Below, in pieces: positions 1-13,090 of a stretch of 64,000 nt of DNA. The stretch spans positions 9,621,525 to 9,685,524 of the forward strand of contig OZ316896.1 of assembly GCA_973895155.1 (NCBI GenBank), in the 5' to 3' direction. This DNA is from Marsupella aquatica (taxonomy: Eukaryota > Plantae > Marchantiophyta). Position numbers and translations under genes: made by a program. Numbering within the stretch: position 1 is the first letter of the stretch; each line of letters begins with the position of its first letter. A model generated the notes under the pieces. It was not told the DNA's origin, ran no database searches, and worked only from the letters and a program-made list of their open reading frames with translations.

Positions 1-602
1 TTTTTGACAGGGCAGGGCCGAGTCCTTCAGCCTCTGTGCACCATTAGGTGCTTGTGTGCTAGCTTTTTAGAGAGGTGACTGTCATCGTTGGATGTAACTA
101 GCAGCTGCCCTGCCGCACTTTCTGCAATCGTCAACCTTCAGACGGGCATTTATTGAAACACTTGCCACTATGACCCTCAAATTAGTATTAAGTAACCTGG
201 GCCATGAGAAGGAAAGGTTTGGGGTAGGGATGGTTTACCACACCTATCATCTGTTCATGCGATGGGCCACTTGTGATGGCCTGAAATTCAAGTAAGCAGC
301 ATTTGTTCCCCGTGTACAAAAGGTACAATAGCAATTTGAGATGCTGACCGAGAGAAGGGGTGCATCGTCTTTTGGCGGAGGGAGCGTTTTCTTGGATATT
401 CATACACCATTGCAGTATGGGAGTTCTGTGTGACGGATTTAGGACAGAATGAGGATAACTTAGAATCTTGAATTCGACTCGATTTGGAAGACTTGAATTG
501 CAGTTAGATTTCCAGTGAAATATACATATACTTTTTACAGAAAAAGGTCAAATAGAGTACAAAAGAATAAACAAGAGGTCCCAAGTGGACAAAAGCAAGC
601 TC

Positions 603-698
603 AAAAGAAGTGAGCAAAAGGAAACTCTAAAAACCAAGAAAGAGTAACTAAAAGAAGTGAGCAAAAGGAAACCCCTAAAAACCAAGAAAGAGTAACTA
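603..698. repeat. ~48-bp tandem duplication in the 3' UTR of the CRE element
   Basis: aaagaagtgagcaaaaggaaac(tc/ccc)taaaaaccaagaaagagtaacta occurs twice. Confidence 0.85.
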
Positions 699-753
699 AA
701 GTTACCGCAAATGGACCGAGGTCCTCATCATACCTAGCAAATGTGACAACAAG

Positions 754-3700
754 TTAGTGATTTACATCAAGTGTCGAAACTAGATTGGCAAGTGGGACAG
801 GAATGTCCTCTAGGGGGGCTAGCCACTGTGGAGTCACACTAGCACCCATTGTTAGAGATCGACGATAGACGGCCCGAGCTTTAGCACGTTGTAAGGTGAC
901 TGAAATGCGTTGGCGAAAGTGCGTGGTCAAAACAGACAGCGGGGGCCCGGTGGGACCCATCCAGCCGTGAACATCCCGAGCAGCTTGGCGAAGAAGCCCG
1001 TCGAACTGATGATGGAGACGCCCAAATATCTCAAGAGCAAGGGGCAGGAAGCTATCAGATGAAGCTCGTGCAGCATATTTGGCATCCTTCGTTGTTGCTG
1101 CTCGTGATGCTGTTGCCCCTGCCGTTGTTGCCGCTATCCCAATGATGTCTTGGCGCAATGGGTTTGCCACCACTACATCTGCCAAAGTACGGTGACCTTC
1201 ACGGACCATGGTAAGATCCACCCGTAACCGCTGTGATGGAGGACCAGGTAACTCGAGCACCACCTCCCGCCGCGTGCAGACCAAAGGGCCAGAGAGAACC
1301 TGAGGAGTCGCATCTCTCACAGCGTCGTGAACAAAAATGGTTTTGCCGCCCAAACTGCATGGAAGAAGATGGACACCTGTGGCATCACAAGGCTTCCCAC
1401 AAGTGCAAGTAGGAGGTAAACCAGCAAGAAGTGGGTGGGGCAAGCCCATACGAAGGCGCATGGCTGTCGCAAACTCCGCTGAAGACATCCGCAGGTGAGG
1501 AATGACTGGATTGGCCTGAAGCCAGCCTCCTGCGCCCTTCCCTCCGAAAAAAAGAATCCGAGCTAGGTCCGTGTCAGGTGCCTCGATGAGGATGCTGGAA
1601 AGGGTGAAAGCGTGCATACGCCCAACAAGGTCTGCCTGAAGACAGACGGGGTCCAAGGATAAAAACTCCTGGAAGGAAGGTAACGCAGCTCGAACAGGAT
1701 CGGGTAGTGATGACCGCGCCGTGCGCAAATAAACCTGAAATGGGAGGGAACCCTCCTCGACCTCCATGAGAGACGAAAGTAAAAAAGGTCGATCCTCAGT
1801 AAGGAAACGATCTGCCAACAATGAGAAGGTGGCCACCCACGCGCCCAAGAAGACCAAAGGTGCAAGGCGCTCAGTGGAAGTAAGCCCAAAACCACCGTGA
1901 GAAATAGGAAGACTGAGCTGTCGATGAAGTCACGGGGATGAGAGCAAAGTACCTGGCCCTAAAAGAGAGGCCAAAGTCTCACGAATGGAGACATCAAACG
2001 CTCGGAGGTGTAGATAAAGATCCTCGGTAGGGGGATGCGTCCGAGCCAAATAGGACGCACGAGGGTGGATGCATCTCAACAACAACCCAAATGTTGCTTG
2101 AGAGTCTGCTAACTTAGGGAGCATAGGAGTAGGGGCTAAGGCAGCCTGGAGAGCGTCAGCAATGAAGATGAGCAAAAGGAGGCGGTATCGACTGAGGACC
2201 CGAAGACCGTCGGCTGGACGTAAGAACTCAGGGGGAAGCGCAAGATCAGAGGGTAACCCAGCTGGACTCCATGCACAACTCTTCACCGGCTGAACCCGTA
2301 AACCGAGGCCCAACAAATGGGTGGAAAGGGTGGCGAGGGCAGAAGTAACAGCAACAGGTGGACCAATGATGTGGGTGTCATCTGAAAGGGAGGGGAAGAT
2401 ACACTGGGGGTGGGCCGCGGAGGCTTCCCGTAAAGCAGTAAAATGGGCAATGGCAAAAAGAGGCCCACCCAAAGGGTCACCCTGACGTGTACCTTCTGCA
2501 GAAGAAAGAGTGATATACACTCCTGTAGAGGTGTGATGACTATAGAAGAGGGGGGCCTCGAACCCATAAAAACAACGGACAAAGGGGTAAGGGACTGGAT
2601 GTCTGGATCCGCTGCCCTCAAAGCACGAAAAATTGCTGCCCAAGAAACCGTATTGAAAGCATTGGAGACATCAACCTGGAGGACAACCCAATTATGGTGG
2701 AGGTCCAAGGTAGTACGAATACCCGCAATAACTGTCTCACAACCGCCAGGAACGCCCACTGCAAACTGATGTGGAGAGAGATGATCCGATAGTGCAGAGC
2801 GAACTGCGATGAAAGTGTGCGAGACACCAGACGAAGAAAAACCTCTCCAATAGCAATGGGCCGAACACCCGATGAAGACTTAGCCATGGCCAATAAACGA
2901 GAAGCACTCAAAAGCCGAGAGACGGGAGGAGGCAAACGGCCGGCAGCAATACACTAGCAAAAGGAGAAGAAAACTGGAAAACCAGACTGAGGATCCTCAG
3001 GGGGGAATAAATCACGAAAATGCTCAAAGACATAGCCAGAGGGGCCACCAGCCGCGCAACGCGGAGCATGGAGGAAAGCATAGGTGAAGTGGTCCCTACT
3101 AAACTGAAGATCCTCCTCAGGCTCAAAATCCTCCACGAACAAAGGGAGCTGATCATAGGGCTGCGGATGGAGATCCTGAAGGGCCGTCAAGGTGACCTCG
3201 CCAGGGGGGGCTGGTGTGGTGGGAGAAAGGGCCTGGACCGCACGATGATATTCACCAGCCTGGGCTAAACGACAAGAGCGACAAAGACGTCTATGCTCTG
3301 GAGGATGAGAGTGGCGAGCTGGGTCAGACAAAGCACGGGTAGTAAAGGAACGGGCTCGAAAAAAGTACTCTTCCTGAAGCTGTTCCCAATCTCCCCGCAG
3401 AAAATGATGGATACGAGAGGCAGTCTCACGATGACCCACACGACCACCGTGACTAGGGAGGGTAAGAGTCCACTGTGGAAAAAGCATGAGTAAAGACCAA
3501 TAGGAGACCTCGATAGGATGCGCCAAGATAAGCTGCATGAGTTGCAACAAGGATGACCGAACTAATGGGCGCAACGCTAATGGGATGTGGTTATAAAGGT
3601 GAGGTCTAATGTACCCTGGATGGTAGGCTGGAAGGGGGTCTAGAGAGCGAACCCAACTTCATGCCTGCTCGGAAGCCTCCAAGGAAGGAGGGGCAAAGCT

Positions 3701-3900
3701 AACTGGGTCAAGAGGGCGCTGGGGCTGGGATTGTGCTTGCTGGCGACGTTGGCACCGGCCCCGCCCGCGGTGATGAGGAAGGGAGAGGCCAACCCAGCCA
3801 CACTCAGGACAAGTATGCAGGGGACGCTCGTCTGGGGAGGGAGCAGGGAACGACTGGACAGGAGGTGGGGGGGAACCGACGTGGATGAAGAGGCCGGAGG
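754..3900 (-). pseudogene. Disrupted ZnF-RT-RLE polyprotein of the CRE-like element
   Basis: ORF fragments 3659..3973, 2954..3574, 2618..2935, 2283..2759, 1930..2643 and 754..1857 tile the expected domain order in different frames. Confidence 0.85.
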
Positions 3901-3906
3901 GGGATG

Positions 3907-4309
3907 TGTTGAGCAGAGACGACGATCGCAACGGCAAGCCCATGAACCATCCAACGCACAATAGTCGACACAAGAGATACGTGGTTCACCTCTTTGAGGC
4001 TACGTCCACGGGAACACACAAGAGAGCTTTACTGAACTCTAAGCCCGTCGGCTATACCGAGTCTCCACAGTGTAAGCTCTCCCTATCTCTCAAGTGGCTC
4101 CATAACAATGAGCCTTGGTTCTTCATCTCCAAGCACACATGTCTCTTATGATATAGTGTGCAACTTAGTTGTACCTAACCACATAGTTGTACCTAATCAC
4201 GTAGTTGTACCTAACCACATAGTTGTACCTAATCACGTAGTTGTACGTAACCACGTAGTTGTACCAACCACGTCATACCTAACCTAGACGTAAGAGTAAA
4301 TACCCAACA
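3907..4309 (-). repeat. 3' LTR of the copia element; contains ~19-bp tandem repeats (tagttgtacctaa(c/t)cac)
   Basis: Direct repeat of 9958-10360 with about 5 substitutions counted by eye. Confidence 0.95.
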
Positions 4310-4320
4310 ATCTTCCCCTT
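4310..4320 (-). other. Polypurine tract of the copia element
   Basis: Minus strand AAGGGGAAGAT abuts the 3' LTR. Confidence 0.85.
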
Positions 4321-4493
4321 GACTCTGGTCTAGGGGAGAGTAATACTGCCAATGTATATGATCCCTCAGCGGGAAGTTCTGGACAAAAACCAAACCGGTT
4401 TCCCTCTCTAACTAGAGCAAACCAGAATTAAGCCTAATACAAAGGAATGAGGAAGAGCATATATCAGTAATTACAATGAATGTTAAGAAAACT

Positions 4494-7400
4494 CTACTTG
4501 TGATGCAATTGCAAAACCTGCAATACGTCACGGTGTCTAGAGAAACTCTCCAAAGGAATCACTTTGGTAAATGCGTCAGCCGGGTTGAGTTTACCATCAA
4601 TCTTGACTAGCTCAAACAAATTATCAGACACAGCCTGCCTGATAAAATGGTACCTAACGTCAATGTGCTTCACTCTGCTGTCCATCACCTGGTTCACAGC
4701 AAGGTGGAGCGCACTTTGACTATCACAATGGAGCTTCACATTCCCCTGTGGCAATCCCATTTCAGTGATAAGTCTATCCAACCAAATCGCTTCCTTTGCT
4801 GCTTCCGCAGCTGCAACATACTCCGCTTCTGTAGTAGACTGAGCAATACACTTCTGCAAAGTAGACCTCCAACTTATGCATCCACCGCCAAGTGTGAACA
4901 CGTATCCTGTTGTTGATCTCCTTCGGTCCAAATCTTGTCCATAGTCAGAATCAACATAGCCAATCAATGATTTAGCATTCTTTGCATTCGCATCAAATAA
5001 AAGACCATGATCCACGGTACCCTTCAAGTACCTGATAATCCACTTCACTGCTTCCCAGTGTACCTTCCCTGGATTCGACATGTACCTGCTCACCTTGCCC
5101 GTAGCCATGGCAAGATCAAGTCTAGTGCAAGTCATCAAATACATGAGACTCCCCACTGCCTTGTCATATGGAACCTTTGACATCAACCCCTTCTCTGTGT
5201 CATCCGTAGGACAGAACGCTGATGATAACTTGAAGTGTGGAGCCAACGGGGTACTTACTGGCTTGCTATTCCCCATGTTGAACCTTGCAATTACCTTCCT
5301 CGCATAACTGCTCTGCGTCAACCATAGCTTGCCAGCTTCCAAGTCCCTAGTGATCTCCATACCCAAAATCCTCTTAGCTGGCCCTAAGTCCTTCATCTTA
5401 AACTCTGCACTAAGCAGTGCCTTGAGCTTAACAATCTCAGACCTATCCTTGGCTGCAATTAGCATATCATCCACATAAAGTACTAAAACAATGAACCCAA
5501 AGACAACATTCTTTACCGGTTTTAAATACACACAAGGGTCAAATACACTTCTGTGAAAACCTTGTGACCGAATCCAATCGTCAAACCGCTTGTTCCACTG
5601 TCTTGGTGACTGCTTCAACCCATACAAGGATTTCAACAATCTGCAAACCAATTCCTCCTGTCCTCTCTTCACAAAACCTAGCGGTTGTCTCATGAAGATC
5701 ACCTCTTCCAATGTGCTATAGAGGAAAGCTGTGACAACATCCATCTGATCTAGCAGCAGACCAAACATTACAACAAGTACACACAATAGTCGTATTGTAG
5801 AGTACTTAGCAACTGGTGAGAAGACCTCATTGTAATCCACACCTTTCTCTTGTGTGAATCCCTTTGCTACCAATCTAGCCTTGTAGACCTTCGATCCACC
5901 TCCTATGGAATTATCCTTCAGCTTGTAAATCCACTTGCTGTCCACCACTTGCTGACCCTTAGGCAGCTTAACAAGCTTCCAAGTTTTGTTGTCCTTTAGT
6001 GACTGCATCTCTGTTTGCATTGCTGCAGTCCACTTCTGCTTCTCCTTTGAAGCACTTGCCTCATGAAATGAAGAAGGTTCCCCTTCTTCCAAAATTAACG
6101 CATCACCCTCATCATCAGTTGTAAAATCATCCTCTTGCAGTTGAGATGAATCAACCCACTGTCCATACCTTGGTGGAGCGCGTACAGTGCGACCAGATGT
6201 TCTTCTAGCCGATGACTCCGGTTGATCTGCGTGTGCTGGTACAATTTGAAGCTCAACAACATCCACTTGCTGCTCACCAGCATCAACAAACTCCTCTGGT
6301 TCCTCTGGCACAGGAACCAGCTCCATAATTGGAGCAACTTCTTCTCTCCGGTCATGCACCTCATAACCAATCTCTCCCTCAACGAGATCCGGGATAGGAG
6401 ATTTTCCTTTGTCAGTACGGGAGACCTGAGTATTCTCCCCTTCCTTCAATAATCTGGATTCATTGAAGGAAACATCCCTACTGACAACGAGCTTACAGGC
6501 AATAGGATCCCATAGCCTATAGGCTTTCACACCACTCTGGTACCCAAGAAAAACACATTTCCTGGAGGTAGGATCCAACTTGGTCCTATTCTGCTTCGGT
6601 GTGAGAGCATATGCATCACTTCCAAAAACTACCAAGCCATGATAGTCTGCTTGCCGCTTATAGCGCATCTCAAACCGCGTTTTGAAATTGATAGCACTAG
6701 AAGAAGAAAGATTTACCAAATAAGCTGCGGTATTGATAGCTTCTGCCCAAAATTCTTGTGGTAAACCTGATTGGCTCAACATACTCCGTGACCGCTCCAA
6801 CAGTGTCCGATTGAGCCTCTCAGTGACACCATTCTGCTGCGGAGTATAAACTGTGGAAAGATGGCGAGTTATCCCCTGTTCTGAACAGTACTCTTCAAAT
6901 TCCATTGAAGTGTACTCCCCGCCGTTGTCTGACCTCAGAATCTTCACCCTTGTATCCAAACACTTGATCGTGTTTCCAGTCTAATTCTCCACTTGGGCCT
7001 TCCACTTCTTAAAAATGGACAAGACATCAGACTTATGCGTCATGAAATAAATCCACACAAATCTTGAGTAATCATCAATAAATGATACATAGTACAACTT
7101 TCCAGAGTGTGAGGGAGTCGGGGATGGACCCCACACGTCACTATGTATGTACTCAAGAACCGCTTTAGAACGATGAGTTCCAACACCAAAAGCACGACGA
7201 TGCTGCTTTCCAAGAATGCAATGCTCACAAAACTCTAATTTATAAGATTGCAAATCAGAAATGAGTCCATTCTTCCATAAGATAGCCAAACCCTTCTCAC
7301 TCATGTGGCCTAGCCGTGAATGCCACAGTTGAGTCATCTCCTCGTGAGACTTGGTTACATTGGCCTCTCCACATACAGTATTGCCCTGTAACACATACAA

Positions 7401-7764
7401 ATTCTTTTGTCTACTCCCCTTCAAAATCACTGTCTCTCCCGACCTAACTTGAAGTTCACCATCAATAACGCTCCATTGATGACCATTTGAATCCAACACA
7501 CCGAGTGAAATCCAACACACGCATGCGAGGTACATACCTGACTCCGGACATTGTGCGCACAGCGCCATCAAACATTTGAATCTTCACAGACCCAATTCCC
7601 TCAATTTGACAGGAGTGATTATTTCCCATCAGAACTGAACCGTTTGAAACAGAGTAAGAACTGAAAAACTCACGAATGTAACAAATATGAAAAGAGCAAG
7701 CACAATCAAGAATCCACACATCATCTGCTCTCCTAGATGACGTGCACAGGGCATACCCCCGGCT
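4494..7764 (-). pseudogene. Copia pol (protease, GAG-pre-integrase, integrase, RT, RNase H) with a frameshift near 7515 and an in-frame TAG at 6981-6983
   Basis: Motifs WILDCACSFH, LWHSRLGHMS, FCEHCILGK, HSDVWGP, RSDNGGEY, YKARLVAKGF, QMDVVTAFL, LYVDDMLI, GYVDSDY and KHIDVRYHFIR. Confidence 0.93.
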
Positions 7765-8805
7765 TCATAAAACATACTCATCATTGAGTAAATCAGCTTC
7801 TCCATCAGCCCTAGCCACATTTGCCGATGAAGTTTCCGCTGCCTTTCCCTTACAGTCTCGCTTGAAGTGTCCAACTTGGTTGCACTTCCAACATGTCACC
7901 TGCCTCCTCTGAGGGGATTTACCCTTGGACTTAGATCTGGATTTAGATCTAAACTGGGTTCTACGGTCCCCAGTTGGTCGCTGCATACTCCTCCCACGGT
8001 TAACATTGAGGGCAGCACCAGATGATGAAGGCTGTGACGTGATGTGCATCTTCTGCTGAAGATCATCACTAAGCAGAGAACTTACCACGTCATTGTATGA
8101 AATGGTATCCCTATCACGATGCAACAACACTCGTGATAGGGACTGGTAAGATGGAGGCAATGAACTAAGAAGCTGCAGAGCCTTCGTCTCATCATTCAAA
8201 GTCTCCCCAAGGTTTTCCAAGTCAACGACCATGTCGTTGAAAGCATCCACATGGTCTTGCAACTTCGTACCAGATTCCTTCATCCTGAAACTCATCAGTT
8301 TGTAGGAAGTGTAGAGCCGGTTCGACAACTCCTTGCGGTGATACTTGCTCTGCAATTCCGCAAACAAGGACATGCAATCCTTATGTGCACCCAACTGCTT
8401 GATGATGGGAGGCATGAGATAGAGTGTAACACACCACACTCCCTGCTCCTGCATGCGGTCCCATTGTTTCTCATCAACATCGTCTTCACGAGGGCTCAGC
8501 AGTTGGCCCATCCCTGACGCATAAAGCACTCCCTTCACCTGCTTCTCCCATAGCAAGTAGTCAGAGCGCCCATCATACTTTGTCACTTCATACTTGGGTC
8601 CCCCAAGCTTGAAAGTCCCCATCTTCTTCTTTGGCACTACCGTGAGCTCCGGTAGTAGTACTGCTTCCTCCACCACACGCCGCACCGGTGATGGTATCGG
8701 TGTCACGTGCTCTTTCTCCTGCTCCTCTCTCTGCCCGTGAAACCTCCGCAGTGATCCTCGTGCTTCAAGTTCCACATCTTCGAAAAACTCCTCCAAATCA
8801 CTCAT
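7765..8805 (-). CDS. Copia Gag (UBN2-type capsid region plus CCHC zinc knuckle)
   Basis: 346-aa ORF with KYDGRSDYLLW, LLSSLPPSY and CWKCNQVGHFKRDC. Confidence 0.9.
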   Translation of the reverse strand: MSDLEEFFEDVELEARGSLRRFHGQREEQEKEHVTPIPSPVRRVVEEAVLLPELTVVPKKKMGTFKLGGPKYEVTKYDGRSDYLLWEKQVKGVLYASGMGQLLSPREDDVDEKQWDRMQEQGVWCVTLYLMPPIIKQLGAHKDCMSLFAELQSKYHRKELSNRLYTSYKLMSFRMKESGTKLQDHVDAFNDMVVDLENLGETLNDETKALQLLSSLPPSYQSLSRVLLHRDRDTISYNDVVSSLLSDDLQQKMHITSQPSSSGAALNVNRGRSMQRPTGDRRTQFRSKSRSKSKGKSPQRRQVTCWKCNQVGHFKRDCKGKAAETSSANVARADGEADLLNDEYVL

Positions 8806-9943
8806 ATGAGAAAATCACAAAAAATGTTGTTTTTCACAACTTCTCAAAAAACTTGAAACTCAACACCGCCGCGTAGCCCACAAAGCTAGGAGTCCAATAC
8901 TGAAAACCGAAATCAAAATCGAAATTTGACGGAAAAGTTATTCAAACTTCGGTCGAGGTGGGTAAAACCTTGGTAAACTCCCCCGTTTTGACCACCTTAG
9001 GGAATAATCAAAATACCAAGTACAACCCGTTGTCAGAATTGCGATGTGATTGGTGCGCTGCGTTGCCAACTTCAATGGCTACGACCTCGCCAAAAAATAA
9101 CCAAAAAAGTTACCGTTCGGCGGATAAAATCTTTGTCGGACGGTCAAAAAATAGTTCTCTGGTTTTTTGGAATATTCTATGACCCTTGTACAGGCCCTGT
9201 GGGAATTTTGGAAGAACAATCGAGGGGCTGACATGTGTCCTCGAACCCCCAAAACCCCCTACCACCCTTCGTCGTCGAAATCTGGTCGCGCGCGCAGAAA
9301 ATACACACGGTAGAATGTACCCCTCGACACCAAACGCAAGATATCTCACTCAGGTTTTGACAAAATCAAGATCCGATTTCAGATTTGGAAACTAGACTCC
9401 GAGGCGATGAAGATTGATATAAGAAGCACCCAAAATGAGGAAAGAACGAGGGGAAAAAATTGGTAAAGATGACAGATTTCTCTCAATTGCCATAGCCAAT
9501 TTCGAATTAGATTTTCAAAGAGAAAAAAATGGTACCTTGTCAACAACGAATGTTGATCAATTGCACTTGGTGCCATCACCAAGTCCAACAAGGTAATTGA
9601 TTTTGCTTAGCCTTCCTCTTTGCATCAAAGAGCCAATCCTGGACTCAAAAACAATCGTCTTGCCTCAATCTCTCCGTTGAGTCAAAACACTTGACGCTTC
9701 TCCCTCCGAGTCGATTGCCAACTTTCTTCACAAAATCCAGAACAACGAAAACTTAGATCTCTCTGCACCACGAGCTCCGTTCAACAATTTCTTCACACCG
9801 TTAGAAAGCTCTTGCCCTGATCTATCCGTTGAGCCCATAAACTCCAAGTTCCATGCGATGGAACTCTGGAAAATCCACCAACACTCAACGCTGGAAAAAC
9901 CGTCATGAAATCCCGTCACGAACACACGTCACCTCCCAAGCAT

Positions 9944-9955
9944 GCTCTGATACCA
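9944..9955 (-). other. Primer binding site complementary to tRNA-iMet
   Basis: Minus strand TGGTATCAGAGC, 2 nt from the 5' LTR. Confidence 0.95.
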
Positions 9956-9957
9956 AT

Positions 9958-10360
9958 TGTTGAGCATAGACGACGATCGCAACGGCAATCCCATGAACCA
10001 TCCAACACACAATAGTCGACACAAGAGATACGTGGTTCACCTCCTTGAGGCTACGTCCACGGGAACACACAAGAGAGCTTTACTGAACTCTAAGCCCGTC
10101 GGCTATACCGAGTCTCCACAGTGTAAGCTCTCCCTATCTCTCAAGTGGCTCCATAACAATGAGCCTTGGTTCTTCATCTCCAAGCACACATGTCTCTTAT
10201 GATATAGTGTGCAACTTAGTTATACCTAACCACATAGTTGTACCTAATCACGTAGTTGTACCTAACCACATAGTTGTACCTAATCACGTAGTTGTACGTA
10301 ACCACGTAGTTGTACCAACCACGTCATACCTAACCTAGACGTAAGAGTAAATACCCAACA
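9958..10360 (-). repeat. 5' LTR of the copia element
   Basis: Direct repeat of 3907-4309, next to the PBS and followed by TSD GGATG. Confidence 0.95.
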
Positions 10361-10800
10361 GGATGCTGGAGGGGTGGAGGGGGAATGGGGTGGGGAGAGG
10401 AGCCAGGGCGTCGATGGGGTGGGCAGTAGACTGGGGGGACTGGCAGAGCATCGGGCATGGGGTCATCACGAAGATGAGAGAGATCCAATGAAGAAGAGCA
10501 AACACGAAGGCGACCACGAGGCGGGGGGGAGGAGGGGGGAGAACTGTGTGGGGGGGCTGGGCGCTTGCCCCGCGCCAACACTCTCAACGTAGACATGACA
10601 GGTCGCAACCCGATAAAAGCAAAAGCGCATCAAGAAGCAACAAAAGGCCCAACCAAGACATGTGAAAAGAAAGGGAAGGCTATGGAGAGAGCCCACCGCG
10701 TCAAAATCCGAAAAACGGCGCCACCGCTAGCCTAGAAAACCGTTGAGCACGTGCAGGCATAGCCGGGAACAAAGCTGGAGCACTCGTCGATGTGTCCGTT
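10361..10800 (-). mobile_element. 5' part of the CRE-like element (Pro-rich N-terminus and leader)
   Basis: Removing the copia and one TSD joins ...PPPPLQHP in frame to PPASSSTSV..., with the same Pro/C-rich composition. 5' end is approximate. Confidence 0.7.
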
Positions 10801-11053
10801 GAGGAGTCGGTGCGAGTGATTCTTTAAAGCGAGGTTGCTTCATTACGGACTTGTGAGTTCGGAAGCAGATCTAGCCAGCTGGACGAGTGGATGCTCTTGA
10901 AACTCAAGAGAAGGAAGTTTCTAGTGGTCTCCTGGTAGGGAAGCACCAGCACAGCCACGTTTCTACTTGGATCCTAAGACTACCGGGGGTGACTAATCAA
11001 TGTCGACACATGTGCATGGCTGACAGCACACTGCTAACATTGGGTCTGACATT

Positions 11054-11380
11054 GGGAGGTTTTCTGCCTGTACAAGGTGCACCTCCCGATGCTAATGCCC
11101 TAGCTATCTGAGTTAGATTTAAACTCCCTGGTCGTATTTAATAGATCCTAACGTACCAAAAGGAGAACTGTAAGCTCTGATGGACAAAATGATTAGACCT
11201 GGGAGGGTTCTGCCTGCACGAAGTGTATCTCCCGATGCCAATGCCCTAGATATCTGAGCTAGATTTAGACTCTCCGGCCGTCTCTAATGGATCCTAACTT
11301 TTATTATTTCCTCCATGGATCTTATCTACTAAAAGGAGAACTGTAAGCTTTGATGGACAGAATGGTTAGACCTCCGGAGG
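11054..11380. repeat. ~147-bp diverged tandem duplication
   Basis: gggagg..tctgcctg..ctcccgatgc..aaaaggagaactgtaagct..gatggaca..ttagacct starts at 11054 and at 11201. Confidence 0.8.
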
Positions 11381-12926
11381 TATCCAATTAACTTTTATTT
11401 TTTCCTCCATCATTTGGAATTTTCAATCTTGAAGCTTGCAACAATTTTTAACACTATCCTTGGATTGAAGATGTGTGCTGCATTCAAGATGAAAATAACA
11501 AATTCTGTCAAATACAAGCTTAATTTTGACAAGGGTTTGCACAAGCTCAACAAGTGTGAAACTGTTTGGCAATGCTCATTTCCTCCGAAACTGTATTAGA
11601 AAAACAGACCCAAAGAGCCAAAGCACACTTCATGCAAGCCCTGCAAAGTCCCCAACATTACCAGAAAATGACCTTTGGCTAGGAGAGGAGTAGGGTTAGC
11701 AACCAAAACACAGTCATGACATGAGGCTAATCTCTAAGCCTATCCATAGGGCAAAAGAAAACAGATCCAAAGGGCCAAAGCACCACCGCCACCCTATTGA
11801 ATCTCCACCCTAGATGTAGATGACATCAAGCCTGTGTAGCTCTAGTCTCTAATAGGAGTGGTGCTACAGATGTTGAGGCAATTTCTCAGTTTGGCTCTCC
11901 CTGTCATCTTATTGATTTCAGTCAATGTTTGACATAAGCGCCAAGGCTTTATTGCACTTTGGGTACCCTAAAGAGAAATATGAATGTTCACAGCAACTCA
12001 TAGAGAATGAGTTGTAGAGGGGACCGTGCAGTATCAGCTTGATATATGCACTGGTGTCCCTCAATCCAGATCCTACAAACCATCTCATGAATGAGCGGGA
12101 GGAACCTAGGGTTGTGCTTCTGTGTCCGGAAAGTACTATTTAACCTTCCCAAAGAACGAGCAGCATTTGGGGCACTGTTGCTTTGCTTCAAAGAAAATTA
12201 AGTAAAGAAAAGTGTGAAAACATCCCAAACACCCAAGGGTGTTAACAAATCAACCAAGAGTGTATTAGTGTGAGAATATGCCAACCACCAAAGGTGTCAA
12301 CTTAGTGTACTATATCACGTGCTATACTGATCTCATTAAAAATACTATTATGAAGAATTTTTTAATAAATATCCATGTATTAACATTTGAGTGTTTGCCT
12401 TAATTAAAAAACAAACAAACTCCCCCTTCATGTTATGATTTTATTTTAATCATTATAGTTTGGTCAAAATAATATAAATAATTTATCCTATTTTTGTTAA
12501 TTACCCTAAAAACAAGTAATATGCACATTGTTTAGCTTCTAGTCACATCACTCGAGATTGCGTAAAAGTAGTTTTCTCTTCTGAACAGTTTCATTGATAA
12601 TAGAATCCAGGCGTTGGTGTCTGTGCGGCCTTTTGTAATTTCCCCAAAAGCAAGTAATAGGCCCATTGCTTAGCTTTAGTCCATTTCTTCACTCCCTCAC
12701 AATTGCGGAAGACTAGTTCCTTTTGTGAGCTAGAACAGAATCCAGCAGGCCTCACTGTGTTGTAGTGGGTCATGGGAATGGCCAGATCAAATTAGGCTTT
12801 ACTCAAACACTCAGAAATGTTATGGCTTTGGAGCCATTACTTCAGCCTGAGCCTTTTGAAGAATACACAACTGCCAGAAGGAAGCCCAATTTTATTTTTC
12901 ATTCTCGTGCTGATCACCTTGATTTT

Positions 12927-13090
12927 GCATGGTCTTTTGAGATTCATAGCTAGTATGCTCGTCATGACAAGACCCCTTTAGCAGACTGCTACTAAGGAAC
13001 CCCAAGCTGCATGGTCTTCTGAGATTCACAGCTAATATGCTCGTAAGGAAAATCCCCATCGGCAGACTGTTACTGAGGAACCCCAGGTCT
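12927..13090. repeat. 82-bp tandem duplication
   Basis: gcatggtctt.tgagattca.agcta.tatgctcgt...gcagactg.tact.aggaacccca starts at 12927 and at 13009. Confidence 0.85.

Larger units (their letters stand above)
541..3906 (-). mobile_element. CRE-clade (RLE-type) non-LTR retrotransposon, 3' part; degenerate, with frameshifts and stops
   Basis: Collinear minus-strand ORF pieces give a Zn finger (CPECGWVGLSLPHHRGRGRC), RT motifs (GVRPIAIGE, VLQVDVSNAFN, GTRQGDPLGGPLF, FPSLSDDTHIIG), then a Cys/His knuckle and restriction-like endonuclease motifs (CTCG..HLLPC, HDAV, RVDL, ADVVV, KDAKY, PLALEIFG). The 3' UTR (~541-753) is T-rich on the element strand. Outer boundary is approximate. Confidence 0.85.
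3907..10360 (-). mobile_element. Full-length Ty1/copia LTR retrotransposon (Tnt1/Tork-like) nested in the CRE element
   Basis: Two 403-bp LTRs (TGTTG...CAACA), TSD GGATG at 3902-3906 and 10361-10365, tRNA-iMet PBS, PPT, and gag-PR-IN-RT-RH order. Confidence 0.97.
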
